DNA of 49,232 nucleotides from a virus: IMG/VR virus record IMGVR_UViG_3300037484_000744, positions 1 through 49,232 of that record. One strand, given 5' to 3'. Shown here one piece after another: positions 34,653-42,824 of the stretch. A program made the translations under genes and the position numbers. The notes below the pieces were generated by a model. The model ran no database searches. It was not told where the DNA came from and worked only from the letters and a program-made list of their open reading frames with translations. How positions within the stretch are numbered: position 1 is the first letter of the stretch; each line of letters opens with the position of its first letter.

Positions 34653-35320
34653 CGGCGGATCCCCATCTTGGCGACCAGTTCGAACGTCACGCCCGGCACC
34701 ACCGGCGCGTCACCGTTGCCCGGGTGCGCCGCTGCCACCGCAGCAAGCTTGTTCATGTCCGGGCACCAGTACTCATCCGGCAGCAAGTCCGCATTGCAAA
34801 CGCGCGCCACCACCCACCGCATCTGGCACGTGGCCCGCGCCTCCACCGGCGCCACCGCGTCCTGTGCAATCGTGAGCGCCTCCACCACGGTCTCCGTGTC
34901 TGCCGCTTGCATGGCCGCCGCAGCGACCTGGCGCGCCTCGCGCTCGCGTTCGGCTAGTAGCACGCGGTACGCGCCGAGTGCCTTCGCCAGCGTGTCCTTT
35001 GCTGAGGTGAGCGCCGTCAGCGTGGGGCGGTACTCGGCCTCCACTTCCTTGGCCTTCTCATACAGGGGCCCCGTTGACAAGGAACGCATACCTTTGATTG
35101 TGTCGAGCTTGCGCGCCACGTCGCTGGCCATGCTGTCCGCCAACGTGTACACCTCCGCCGTGGTGACGCCCAACCCGGCGATCGTGGCTGCGGCGTCCGC
35201 GTACTTCTGCGCGTCCACCGCCGCAAGGCGCAGGGCCTTGCGGTACGCCGGCATGGCGAGAGTGAGCGCCTCCGTCTTGTCGCTGTGCACCAGCGTGGTT
35301 TGCGTTCGTAGCTTGGCCAT
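34649..35320 (-). CDS. Siphovirus Gp157-like protein
   Basis: Long coiled coil, then LLPDEYWCPDMNKLAAVAAAHPGNGDAPVVPGVTFELVAKMGIR, typical of the Gp157 family end; ATG at 35320. Confidence 0.5.
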   Translation of the reverse strand: MAKLRTQTTLVHSDKTEALTLAMPAYRKALRLAAVDAQKYADAAATIAGLGVTTAEVYTLADSMASDVARKLDTIKGMRSLSTGPLYEKAKEVEAEYRPTLTALTSAKDTLAKALGAYRVLLAEREREARQVAAAAMQAADTETVVEALTIAQDAVAPVEARATCQMRWVVARVCNADLLPDEYWCPDMNKLAAVAAAHPGNGDAPVVPGVTFELVAKMGIRR

Positions 35321-35514
35321 CACACGTCCCTCAGCGCCATGGCGATCGAAGCCAACGCGATGTAGTGCATTTCGTGCAGCGGGCCCCAACGAACGGGGCG
35401 CGGGCCGTCCGGCCTTATCTCCGGGCGCAGGTCCCCCGTCAAGTCCGCCGCACGGGCGTTGCAGCAGTACACCGCCGCAACGCGCATGAGCTCCTCAGCC
35501 ACAGCCGTCACCAT
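35320..35514 (-). CDS. Hypothetical protein (64 aa; alternative ATG at 35487)
   Basis: ORF coupled (TGATG) to the downstream gene. Confidence 0.4.
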   Translation of the reverse strand: MVTAVAEELMRVAAVYCCNARAADLTGDLRPEIRPDGPRPVRWGPLHEMHYIALASIAMALRDV

Positions 35515-35989
35515 CGGAGCTCGGGTCGCCGTACAGCGGCCCTGCCCCGGTCACGTGACCCGGCATCGGTTCGTGGTTGGCGTTGGCGTGCACGGGGGCC
35601 GCGGTCGTGTCTGGCTGGTTCGCGTGTGCTTCGGCCGCAGCGCGCTCGGCCTTCAACGCCTCCACCGCCGAGTGGATCGAACGTACCAGGCGCGGGCCGT
35701 GCTTCGGGCAATCCAGCAAGCTTTGGGTTGCGAGCTCGATCAGCGCGTTCATGCACGTTTTGCTGGCGGTGTGGTCGGCCTCCGGCAGTTCGCGACAGGT
35801 CAAGGCGTACAGCCTTGTGGCTTCTGCGTTGGCAATGGCGGTCACGAGCAACGCCACCTCGCCTGACTCGATTGGCTGGCGCGGGGGCGGAGGCAACTCG
35901 CGGCGTCCGGTCACCTCATTTAGAAACGCGTCCGTGCTGGGCGCGGGGGTTGCGCGCGGGGCGCGCTCGTCTGCGTCGGTGTTGATCAT
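35495..35989 (-). CDS. Hypothetical protein (164 aa)
   Basis: RBS AAGGAGACC precedes the ATG at 35989 (ATGA overlap with the upstream stop); the rest of ORF 35495..36793 is Arg-rich shadow. Confidence 0.55.
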   Translation of the reverse strand: MINTDADERAPRATPAPSTDAFLNEVTGRRELPPPPRQPIESGEVALLVTAIANAEATRLYALTCRELPEADHTASKTCMNALIELATQSLLDCPKHGPRLVRSIHSAVEALKAERAAAEAHANQPDTTAAPVHANANHEPMPGHVTGAGPLYGDPSSDGDGCG

Positions 35990-36552
35990 CGGGTCTCCTT
36001 CGGTCGGAAGTGCGCTTCGCACTCTTCCGGGTTGTCTAAGTAATAGCGCCCAAGTCCCCACGCGTCCAGCGCGTTGTGCAACTTGAACGAGCGCGGGTAG
36101 TACGAAACGCCGGGGCGCTTCCAGTTGTCCAACGCGCCCTTGTCGATGGCGCGCTCGATTGCATCCGCGGTGGTGCTCCCACCGAAGATCGCGCGCTCGG
36201 CCACGGACATCGCAAGCCAAAGCCTGCCATGGTGCACAGGCTTCGGGAGCATGCCCTTCCACTGCGACGGGTGCAACTCGCACAGGCGTGCCTTGGGGCC
36301 GCAGAGCGACGCGGCGACGAGCGCACCTTCCCAACTCAGGTTGATCAGATCGATCGGCCTCGCGCCCATTGAACGATCGCCCTGGTGCTCGGGTCGTTCT
36401 GCTACCACCACATCCGCGTGCGACCACCCAACCGGGCGCGCGGGGTGCCGGACGAACGCCCACGCTCGGCACGTGCCACGAAAGAAGTCCGCCACGGCCG
36501 AGCCGGCGCCCGCGCTGCCAGGGTCCACGGCCTGTACAACGTGGACTTTCAC
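35986..36552 (-). CDS. RuvC-like Holliday-junction resolvase
   Basis: GTG at 36552 (GTGA-coupled); VVQAVDPGS (first catalytic Asp), VVVAERPE, and LHNALDAWGLG (C-terminal acidic motif). Confidence 0.6.
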   Translation of the reverse strand: MKVHVVQAVDPGSAGAGSAVADFFRGTCRAWAFVRHPARPVGWSHADVVVAERPEHQGDRSMGARPIDLINLSWEGALVAASLCGPKARLCELHPSQWKGMLPKPVHHGRLWLAMSVAERAIFGGSTTADAIERAIDKGALDNWKRPGVSYYPRSFKLHNALDAWGLGRYYLDNPEECEAHFRPKETR

Positions 36553-36995
36553 GGTCGCACCGCTGCCAGGCGTCGAGCCTTGCGCTGCGCACGCCGGTTG
36601 CGGTTGGGCGGCAACACCTCCCCGCACGCGCGGTCCCACTGCCACGGTTCGGCGCGCTCTTCTGCCTCGCGGTCGCGGAAGGGCATGCCGGCGTCGATCC
36701 ACTCCTGCCGCGTGCAGTCCTCCACAATCTCGGCGCGGCCGAAGTCGCCGCGGCCCTCGCAGGCAGTGCAGCGCGGCACCACGCTCGCCCCAACGCCGCC
36801 GCACGCGCGGCACACGTTCACAGCGAACGGAGGCGCACCGCCTAGGAACTCGCGGCCCTGCACTCGCCACCACTGCCGCACCCGGCGCAGGCCCGCGACG
36901 AAAGCGATTTCTGCCAAACGACAGGTGTACGCCTCCAAGCTTTCAGCGAGACCGAGGCGCTTGACGCGCGGTTCCCATCCTGCGTAATCGATCAT
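36549..36995 (-). CDS. Protein with a DnaJ-type zinc-finger pair (CRACGGVG ... CTACEGRG)
   Basis: Two CxxCxGxG motifs; Arg-rich C-terminal tail. Confidence 0.6.
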   Translation of the reverse strand: MIDYAGWEPRVKRLGLAESLEAYTCRLAEIAFVAGLRRVRQWWRVQGREFLGGAPPFAVNVCRACGGVGASVVPRCTACEGRGDFGRAEIVEDCTRQEWIDAGMPFRDREAEERAEPWQWDRACGEVLPPNRNRRAQRKARRLAAVRP

Positions 36996-39900
36996 TTACT
37001 TACGGTACCTTTCACCTGTGAACCCATCGCAGTCGATGGGGAAATCGTATGCCCACTGTGGCAGTTCCAGCATGCACTCGTCAAGGGTACGCGCTGCGAT
37101 TTTGCGCAGTGCACGCGGCACCTCGGCACCCGCGCTGTCATGGATGTGGATCACCATCTTGAGCCCGCGCCGTTCCGCACGCACGAGTGCGGCGGCGAGC
37201 AGGCACCGGCACATGGCCTGCACTGCGTTCTCCGTGAGCTTCCCCCCGTAGGTCCAATCGACGCCGCGATGCCCGTCGAACACGATGCCACCGGGGCGCC
37301 GGTTACCTTCCAGTCCCTTTTTGGTGAGAGCCTCATTCGCGAGAGTTGCATCACGCCGCGAGGCGAAACGCATTCCGGGGTACAGGACGAACCTACCACT
37401 CGGCAGAATAAGTGCAACGTCCTTCCCGTCACTTTCGAAACGGAACATGTTGCGCAGGCCACACAAGCCGGTGTGGCCCCCGATGGCGTCCTTAGCCGCG
37501 TTCTCTATGTCGGCCCAAAATTGGACGATCGGCGCGTGCACCTCGCGCCACGTGTCCACCACGGTCTGCCCATCCGTGCCCACGTCCGCCAGCGTCTTCC
37601 CGATCTTCGCTAGTTCCTTGTCTGCGTTGGACTGGAACTTTCGCGCGCCGGCACCGTACCCCAGCATGAGCTCTGCGATCTTGCCGATCTGTCGGCGCTC
37701 GTCCTTGCCAATCTCCTCCACCGGGACACCGAAGATGCGGCTAGCCATGGCCTTGTACGGGTCCGCGCCACTCGCCACCACGGCCAGCGCCGCAGCGTCT
37801 TCCGCTGTCCAGGCAAGCCCGCGCGCTTCGACCCCCTTGAAGTCGCGCTCAACGAACACGCACCCTGGCTCCGCATACAGGCACGCGCGCAGCAACATGG
37901 GCATCTCGAGCGGGTGCACGTGCGCGCCCGCAATCACGTCACGCACACGGCGCCGAATGTCCTTGTCGGTCCACTTCTCAAAAATGTCGTCAGGGCGTGT
38001 GAGGTTGTGCGGCTGCAACCCAACGCCTGCCCACCTACCGGTATTGTGCGTTACAATATACCCTCGAGTGATGTACAAATGGTCACTAGCCTCGACTTCG
38101 ATGCACGTCGATTCCTCGACCCCATCTTTTTCGACGCTCACAACCGCACGCCACGGAGCGCGCCTAGTTCCCGTCCAACGTCGAGCCTTTCTCTCGAGAC
38201 CAAAGGGACACACATCAACGGGTATGTGACAGTTTACCGAGTATATTACGCCGTCACCGAGGCGTTCAACGTATGCGCGCGCCGTGCCACCGATAGACTG
38301 AACGAGCTCAATCACTGCGTCTCGCAAGTGTGGCGAACACGTCGCGTACTTTACGACTCCCGGGCTCTTTGCGGAACCATCCGTATCAAAAAGCCCACGC
38401 AAAAGCTCAACACGCGCTGCGAAGGACGCCAAACCATACTCTGGCGGAATGAACTTCGTGAACGAGTCGTGCCCCCAAAGTCCAAGGCCTTCGAGTGCTA
38501 CACGTAAAGGGTTACGCCGCCTAGGCGGTAGCGGCTCGCCTCTGCGAACAAGTGCGTAGTAGCAACCCACGCACAAGCCTCGAACGGCTCGGCCGCCATG
38601 CCCGCACGAAGTGGCGTTAGCTGTACTGATAACGAATCGGTAGTGAAAAGCCTTCTTTCCGGGTACAGGCCGCACGACCGCGCGCACCCCGTTCAACTGG
38701 AATCTTGCTGCGATCTCGGGGTCGCCTGACGTGAAACGCGGGCAGTCACCCACCATACAACCGTCACCAAGGAGTGCCCCTAGCGTGTACGGGTCAATTG
38801 GCAGTACGTCGGGCCGTTCCGTTCGGTCGGCCACAAACGGAACGGTGTACCGGTGCCTTTTGCCGTACGACAAATCCCCCAGGTCCCTAAGGCGTATTAC
38901 ACGTGGCTTACCGCACGCACGCACACTCCACAAGTGCTCTGCGTCACACCTAGTCCACGAACCATCAGAGAATGTAACGCGGTATACCTGTCGCAACCCC
39001 TGCGGGTAAGTTCCTGCGACACGCGTCGGTCCTGTACGGCCTTGAATGACGTCACCCACTCGCAACTCGCCCATGGCAACCCACCCCAATGGCGTTCGAA
39101 CGGGCTCGGAGTTGGGCTGCGCGTGCGCGGCCCAGTACTTGAACATGTCCCGCAACCGGCCGTCGGGGGACACGCGCGCGATGCCGGCTTCAAGCTTTCC
39201 TCTTACGATGCTGGCTAGCGCCGTCCGCGCCTGCACCAACTCCCGCACGGCGCGCTTGGGGTGGTGCTCGTACTGCTCCACCTCGTCCGCGGTGGCGCTG
39301 TGGCAGTCGGTGGCGCCGCTCTCCCGCATCCACTTGCAGAACGTGGCGGCGTGTCGGATGCCGGACACGAACAGGCGCTCCGTCGCGAACTTGACGATCG
39401 CGGGGTTGGGCACCTTGCCGTCCGGCGCGTGCTGCTTCTGCAGCCGGCGCATGGTGTTGGTGTCGGGGTTAGTGATGCGCGCGCCAAGGTGCCGCAACCA
39501 CTCCACCGTTTCGCGCTTGTCCAGCACCCGCGGGTCCACGCCCACACCCTCGGCGCCGTGCCGCGCGTCCTCACGCAGCAGGGCCTTAGCAAGCGCCACG
39601 TCGAAGCAGATCCCGCGATCGTTGATCAGCCGGTCCACTTCCTCCGCATCGGTCTCCACGTCCAGGAAGTCCTCCAGGAACGGCCAGAGCCCGACCGTGC
39701 CGGTCAAGTCGTCTCGACAATACGCCATTACGCGGCGCAGCACCTCCGGGGTGATTAGTGGCAGCTGCCCCAGGCGCGCCTTGGCCTTGCTCGGCTGACT
39801 CAGACGCAGCGTGAAGGCGTTGCCCTCCTTGTCCTTCCTGCGCCCGAGCAGCCGCGTCAGAAGCTTGTCCAGCGAACCTGGGTACCCCGCGCGCGCGGCG

Positions 39901-40199
39901 AGGTGCATGGTGTCGATGTAGCGCCGCGGCTCCGGCCAGCCGAGCCGGCGCCACGCATGCCGATCGAACGTCATCATGTTGTGCGCGGCCACAGCGTCCG
40001 GCCGCGTGCGCCCGTAAGGGCACCGGTCCCCCGGTGCCCACTCCACGATCTCGCCTTCCACCTGCAGCACCGCGCAGATGACTTCGGCAGTGGGATGTTC
40101 CCAGTAGGCGCGCCCCCCGATCTTTTTCAGGTCACACTGCGACTTGTCCGCGCGGGACTCGAAGTCGACGAAATCGGGGGTGCGCGCCGTGCCGGGCAT
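36996..40199 (-). CDS. Family A DNA polymerase with a 3'-5' exonuclease domain, interrupted by an intein
   Basis: Exo I FVDFES; pre-motif ...KYWAAHA[intein]TGRWAGVGLQPHNL; motif A VERDFKGVEARGLAW; motif B RRQIGKIAELMLGYGAG; motif C IHIHDS. Confidence 0.9.
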   Translation of the reverse strand: MPGTARTPDFVDFESRADKSQCDLKKIGGRAYWEHPTAEVICAVLQVEGEIVEWAPGDRCPYGRTRPDAVAAHNMMTFDRHAWRRLGWPEPRRYIDTMHLAARAGYPGSLDKLLTRLLGRRKDKEGNAFTLRLSQPSKAKARLGQLPLITPEVLRRVMAYCRDDLTGTVGLWPFLEDFLDVETDAEEVDRLINDRGICFDVALAKALLREDARHGAEGVGVDPRVLDKRETVEWLRHLGARITNPDTNTMRRLQKQHAPDGKVPNPAIVKFATERLFVSGIRHAATFCKWMRESGATDCHSATADEVEQYEHHPKRAVRELVQARTALASIVRGKLEAGIARVSPDGRLRDMFKYWAAHAQPNSEPVRTPLGWVAMGELRVGDVIQGRTGPTRVAGTYPQGLRQVYRVTFSDGSWTRCDAEHLWSVRACGKPRVIRLRDLGDLSYGKRHRYTVPFVADRTERPDVLPIDPYTLGALLGDGCMVGDCPRFTSGDPEIAARFQLNGVRAVVRPVPGKKAFHYRFVISTANATSCGHGGRAVRGLCVGCYYALVRRGEPLPPRRRNPLRVALEGLGLWGHDSFTKFIPPEYGLASFAARVELLRGLFDTDGSAKSPGVVKYATCSPHLRDAVIELVQSIGGTARAYVERLGDGVIYSVNCHIPVDVCPFGLERKARRWTGTRRAPWRAVVSVEKDGVEESTCIEVEASDHLYITRGYIVTHNTGRWAGVGLQPHNLTRPDDIFEKWTDKDIRRRVRDVIAGAHVHPLEMPMLLRACLYAEPGCVFVERDFKGVEARGLAWTAEDAAALAVVASGADPYKAMASRIFGVPVEEIGKDERRQIGKIAELMLGYGAGARKFQSNADKELAKIGKTLADVGTDGQTVVDTWREVHAPIVQFWADIENAAKDAIGGHTGLCGLRNMFRFESDGKDVALILPSGRFVLYPGMRFASRRDATLANEALTKKGLEGNRRPGGIVFDGHRGVDWTYGGKLTENAVQAMCRCLLAAALVRAERRGLKMVIHIHDSAGAEVPRALRKIAARTLDECMLELPQWAYDFPIDCDGFTGERYRK
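38043..39122 (-). mobile_element. Intein (about 359 aa) with a LAGLIDADG homing-endonuclease domain; class-3-like signature
   Basis: Ends ...YIVTHN followed by T of TGRW; LGALLGDGC and LLRGLFDTDGS are LAGLIDADG blocks. No Cys/Ser at the N-terminal junction (AHA/QPNSEP). G+C and codon usage are visibly lower than in the flanking extein. The N-terminal boundary is uncertain by 1-2 codons. Confidence 0.8.
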
Positions 40200-40387
40200 C
40201 AGGGTAGGTCGATGTCCGCGAGGTCCAGGTCACCCACGAGCAACACGGAACCGTCGGGGCGGCGGTCCACGATGCCAGTGAGTAGGCTTTGGAGGAGCAC
40301 GCGCTCCCCGGACTCTTGCACACGGATCATCACCGTGGCCTTGTCCGGTAAAAAGCGCAACTCCTCCAATAGTTCGGCCACTGTCAC
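40199..40387 (-). CDS. Hypothetical protein (62 aa)
   Basis: TGATG-coupled to the polymerase start. Confidence 0.5.
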   Translation of the reverse strand: MTVAELLEELRFLPDKATVMIRVQESGERVLLQSLLTGIVDRRPDGSVLLVGDLDLADIDLP

Positions 40388-41064
40388 GGGCGCTTCTTGC
40401 CCTTCTTGGCCGGCGGGGGAGTCTCTTCCTCCTCGTCCTCACTCTCGTCCGTGTCGTCGTCGTCCGCGGCGTCTTCCTCACCGAGGGGCGCCCACTTGTA
40501 CTTGCGGTAGTACTCCTTGCCCTCGTCGTCGATGTCTTTGCCGCGGCTCACCTGTGCGAGCGCCTCGCGACCGTCCAGCGGGTTCTCCCCGAAGGCGGTC
40601 ACAGCGCCGTAGCGATCATCTCCACACATGGCGTCGATGTACGCGCCGTCGTACCCACCGGTTTTCTTCTCCCACTTCTTGAACGCCTCGAACTGGTCGG
40701 CGTCCCCGAAGTCGAAGCCCAGGAAAGCCATGGCCATCTTGGTGAGCTCTTCACCGGCCACCGCCAACGCGCTGTCCGAAATGCACTGGTCGTAGTGCGC
40801 GGTACCACCCTTTGGGGTGTCGCGAGAGTCAGTGTCCACCACTAGCAGGCTCGCCTTATAGAAAGGTGCCTTGCCCTTGATGCGCTCGCCTTCACCACCA
40901 CTCACGAAACGAAAGTGAAAGTTACCCGGCGTGGGGCGTTCGTTACGCGCCTCGCGTTGCTCCACGCCACCGAAGCGGGACACGGGCCCGCCTTTGGGTT
41001 TGCCAACGGGGGCCTTATTTTTTGCCTTTGCGCTGTTGCCAGCGAATCGATCCGCTAATGCCAT
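40384..41064 (-). CDS. Candidate ssDNA-binding protein (T7 gp2.5 / DUF2815-like architecture) with an acidic tail and terminal PPPAKKGKKRP
   Basis: RBS AAGGAGACC; about 226 aa; C-terminal EEDAADDDDTDESEDEEEE; sits in a nuclease-helicase-polymerase module where this family is usual. No diagnostic motif was recognised. Confidence 0.4.
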   Translation of the reverse strand: MALADRFAGNSAKAKNKAPVGKPKGGPVSRFGGVEQREARNERPTPGNFHFRFVSGGEGERIKGKAPFYKASLLVVDTDSRDTPKGGTAHYDQCISDSALAVAGEELTKMAMAFLGFDFGDADQFEAFKKWEKKTGGYDGAYIDAMCGDDRYGAVTAFGENPLDGREALAQVSRGKDIDDEGKEYYRKYKWAPLGEEDAADDDDTDESEDEEEETPPPAKKGKKRP

Positions 41065-41084
41065 CTGTCGGTCTCCTTCCGCGG

Positions 41085-42824
41085 CTAGGCCGCATCTTCA
41101 AGCCACCGCCAACGGTTGGCTTTCGTAACTGTTGGTCTACCACGCACAACCGTTGCACGCAGTATCTTATTTTGGAGTGAGAGCATCCGCTCGTTCTGAC
41201 GTGCCTCGCCCAGCGCGCGGTCCCAGGCGGCGTAACTGTCCCCGCTCGTACAGAGCACGGTAATTTCAACCGGGTGCTCCTGGCCGGCGCGATGGATGCG
41301 GCCGAACAATTGTTCCAGGTAAAGCGCACTCGGCGTGATGTTCACAAGCAACGCCTTGTGCCAATGGTATTGCAGATTGCGCCCGCGCAGGTTGCTTTGC
41401 CAGCTGGACACGGCGCTAACGCCCTTGGGGCTGTTGTCAATCTCCACGCCTGCGGCGTTGCAACCCTTGTCCGCGTAGTACTGCAGCCGGCTCACCTTCG
41501 CCAGCGCCTCACCGAACGCGGTGGCGCCGCAGAACGCAATCGCCGGCCCTTCGCGCTGCAGCCACTTGGACGCGTACTGCAACGTGCTGGCGGAAATCCA
41601 ACGCTCGACGCTGTTGGGCTTGAACTTGTTTTTTACTTCGAGCCAATCGGTCACGCGCGGATCGTCCGGGTACGCCGCAACCACCGCGGCGTATGTATCC
41701 AGCGGGTTGCGCGTATTGGCCGTCGCCTTGATGCGCCCGCGCACGAACTTGGCGCACACGATGCGCGGTTCCAACCACCACTTGGGCGGCTTTGGGTCCC
41801 ATTCGTAGTACAACCCGGCGCCCAGCCAATCGCAGTGCATGGCGTAGCTGAGGACGTTTTTCTTTCCCTCGCCTTGCATGAGAGGAATTCCACCCGGTGT
41901 GATCCACAACCGGCGCAGCGTCTTGTAATGCTCGTCCAGGATGGGATCTTCAGGCGCACACACAAGCTTGATGGTGAGCGGTTGCTCGCAGCTGTCCCCG
42001 CGCACGATCACGACGCCTGGGGTTGAGAGCACGCGCTTTCGGAATGCGTTCTGCGCACCGCGCTTGGTCTCCGGCTCGCCCATGGCGCGGCACAGCTTTG
42101 CTAGCGCCCCGATGTGCACGTGCATCCCGTTGCGCTTGGGCTTCTCGTCCAGCGCTGCGGCCCACATGGCCTGTTCGGTTGGGTCCGTTGGCACCGGCGC
42201 ATGCTGCCCGAGCGCCCAAACCATCTGGGGCATGTAGTCCAGCGCGCTGTGGCGCCCCGGCGTGGCCGTGAGCTCAATCACCGCTGGCTCGTTGCCAAAC
42301 ACCTCGCGCGCAATGCGCTTGTGCACGCTGGCGTCACTGTTCCGGGAGCGATCACTCTCGTCAATGATCAGCACGTCCGGCTTATGCCGTGCCAACAGGT
42401 CAACGTTTTTCTTGTTGGTTAGATCTTCAAACCCAACGAGCCGCGGGGGTGGCTTGGGTGATTTCCACACGCCAACGAACTCACGGAACTCTCGGTACGT
42501 CTTTTTCTTGAGGCCACCGGGCAGCAAAAGAATGGGCGCGCGGGCTTGAAGTATGACGCAGATCAACCACGTGAGGAGCGTCTTACCCGCGCCGACGGAC
42601 AACGCGGCGTACTGCCCAACGATGCCCGTATCCCGGTACAGCCGCAACAGCTCGGCAAGGCAGAACGCTTGCCACACGCGGAGCCGCGCGTGCGGTTGCA
42701 GCGCCAACAGTTGCGTCATGTGCTTGCGGTCCTCCCTAGCTTGGGCCAGTGAAAGCGGCCGGCTAGGGAGGGCAAGGATGCGCCGCAGGTCTGCGCTGTC
42801 TCGGACTTCTGCGGCGCGCGGCAT
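41085..42824 (-). CDS. SF2 (DEAD/DEAH-type) helicase
   Basis: Walker A SVGAGKT; motif II IIDESD; motif III TATP; motif VI GRIHRAGQ. Confidence 0.85.
   Translation of the reverse strand: MPRAAEVRDSADLRRILALPSRPLSLAQAREDRKHMTQLLALQPHARLRVWQAFCLAELLRLYRDTGIVGQYAALSVGAGKTLLTWLICVILQARAPILLLPGGLKKKTYREFREFVGVWKSPKPPPRLVGFEDLTNKKNVDLLARHKPDVLIIDESDRSRNSDASVHKRIAREVFGNEPAVIELTATPGRHSALDYMPQMVWALGQHAPVPTDPTEQAMWAAALDEKPKRNGMHVHIGALAKLCRAMGEPETKRGAQNAFRKRVLSTPGVVIVRGDSCEQPLTIKLVCAPEDPILDEHYKTLRRLWITPGGIPLMQGEGKKNVLSYAMHCDWLGAGLYYEWDPKPPKWWLEPRIVCAKFVRGRIKATANTRNPLDTYAAVVAAYPDDPRVTDWLEVKNKFKPNSVERWISASTLQYASKWLQREGPAIAFCGATAFGEALAKVSRLQYYADKGCNAAGVEIDNSPKGVSAVSSWQSNLRGRNLQYHWHKALLVNITPSALYLEQLFGRIHRAGQEHPVEITVLCTSGDSYAAWDRALGEARQNERMLSLQNKILRATVVRGRPTVTKANRWRWLEDAA

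Noticed and set aside
35990-36793. N-terminal 268 residues of the 432-aa ORF 35495..36793
   Set aside because: This part overlaps the RuvC-like and zinc-finger genes in another frame and is Arg/Gly/Pro-rich. A strong RBS and an ATGA overlap mark the real start at 35989.
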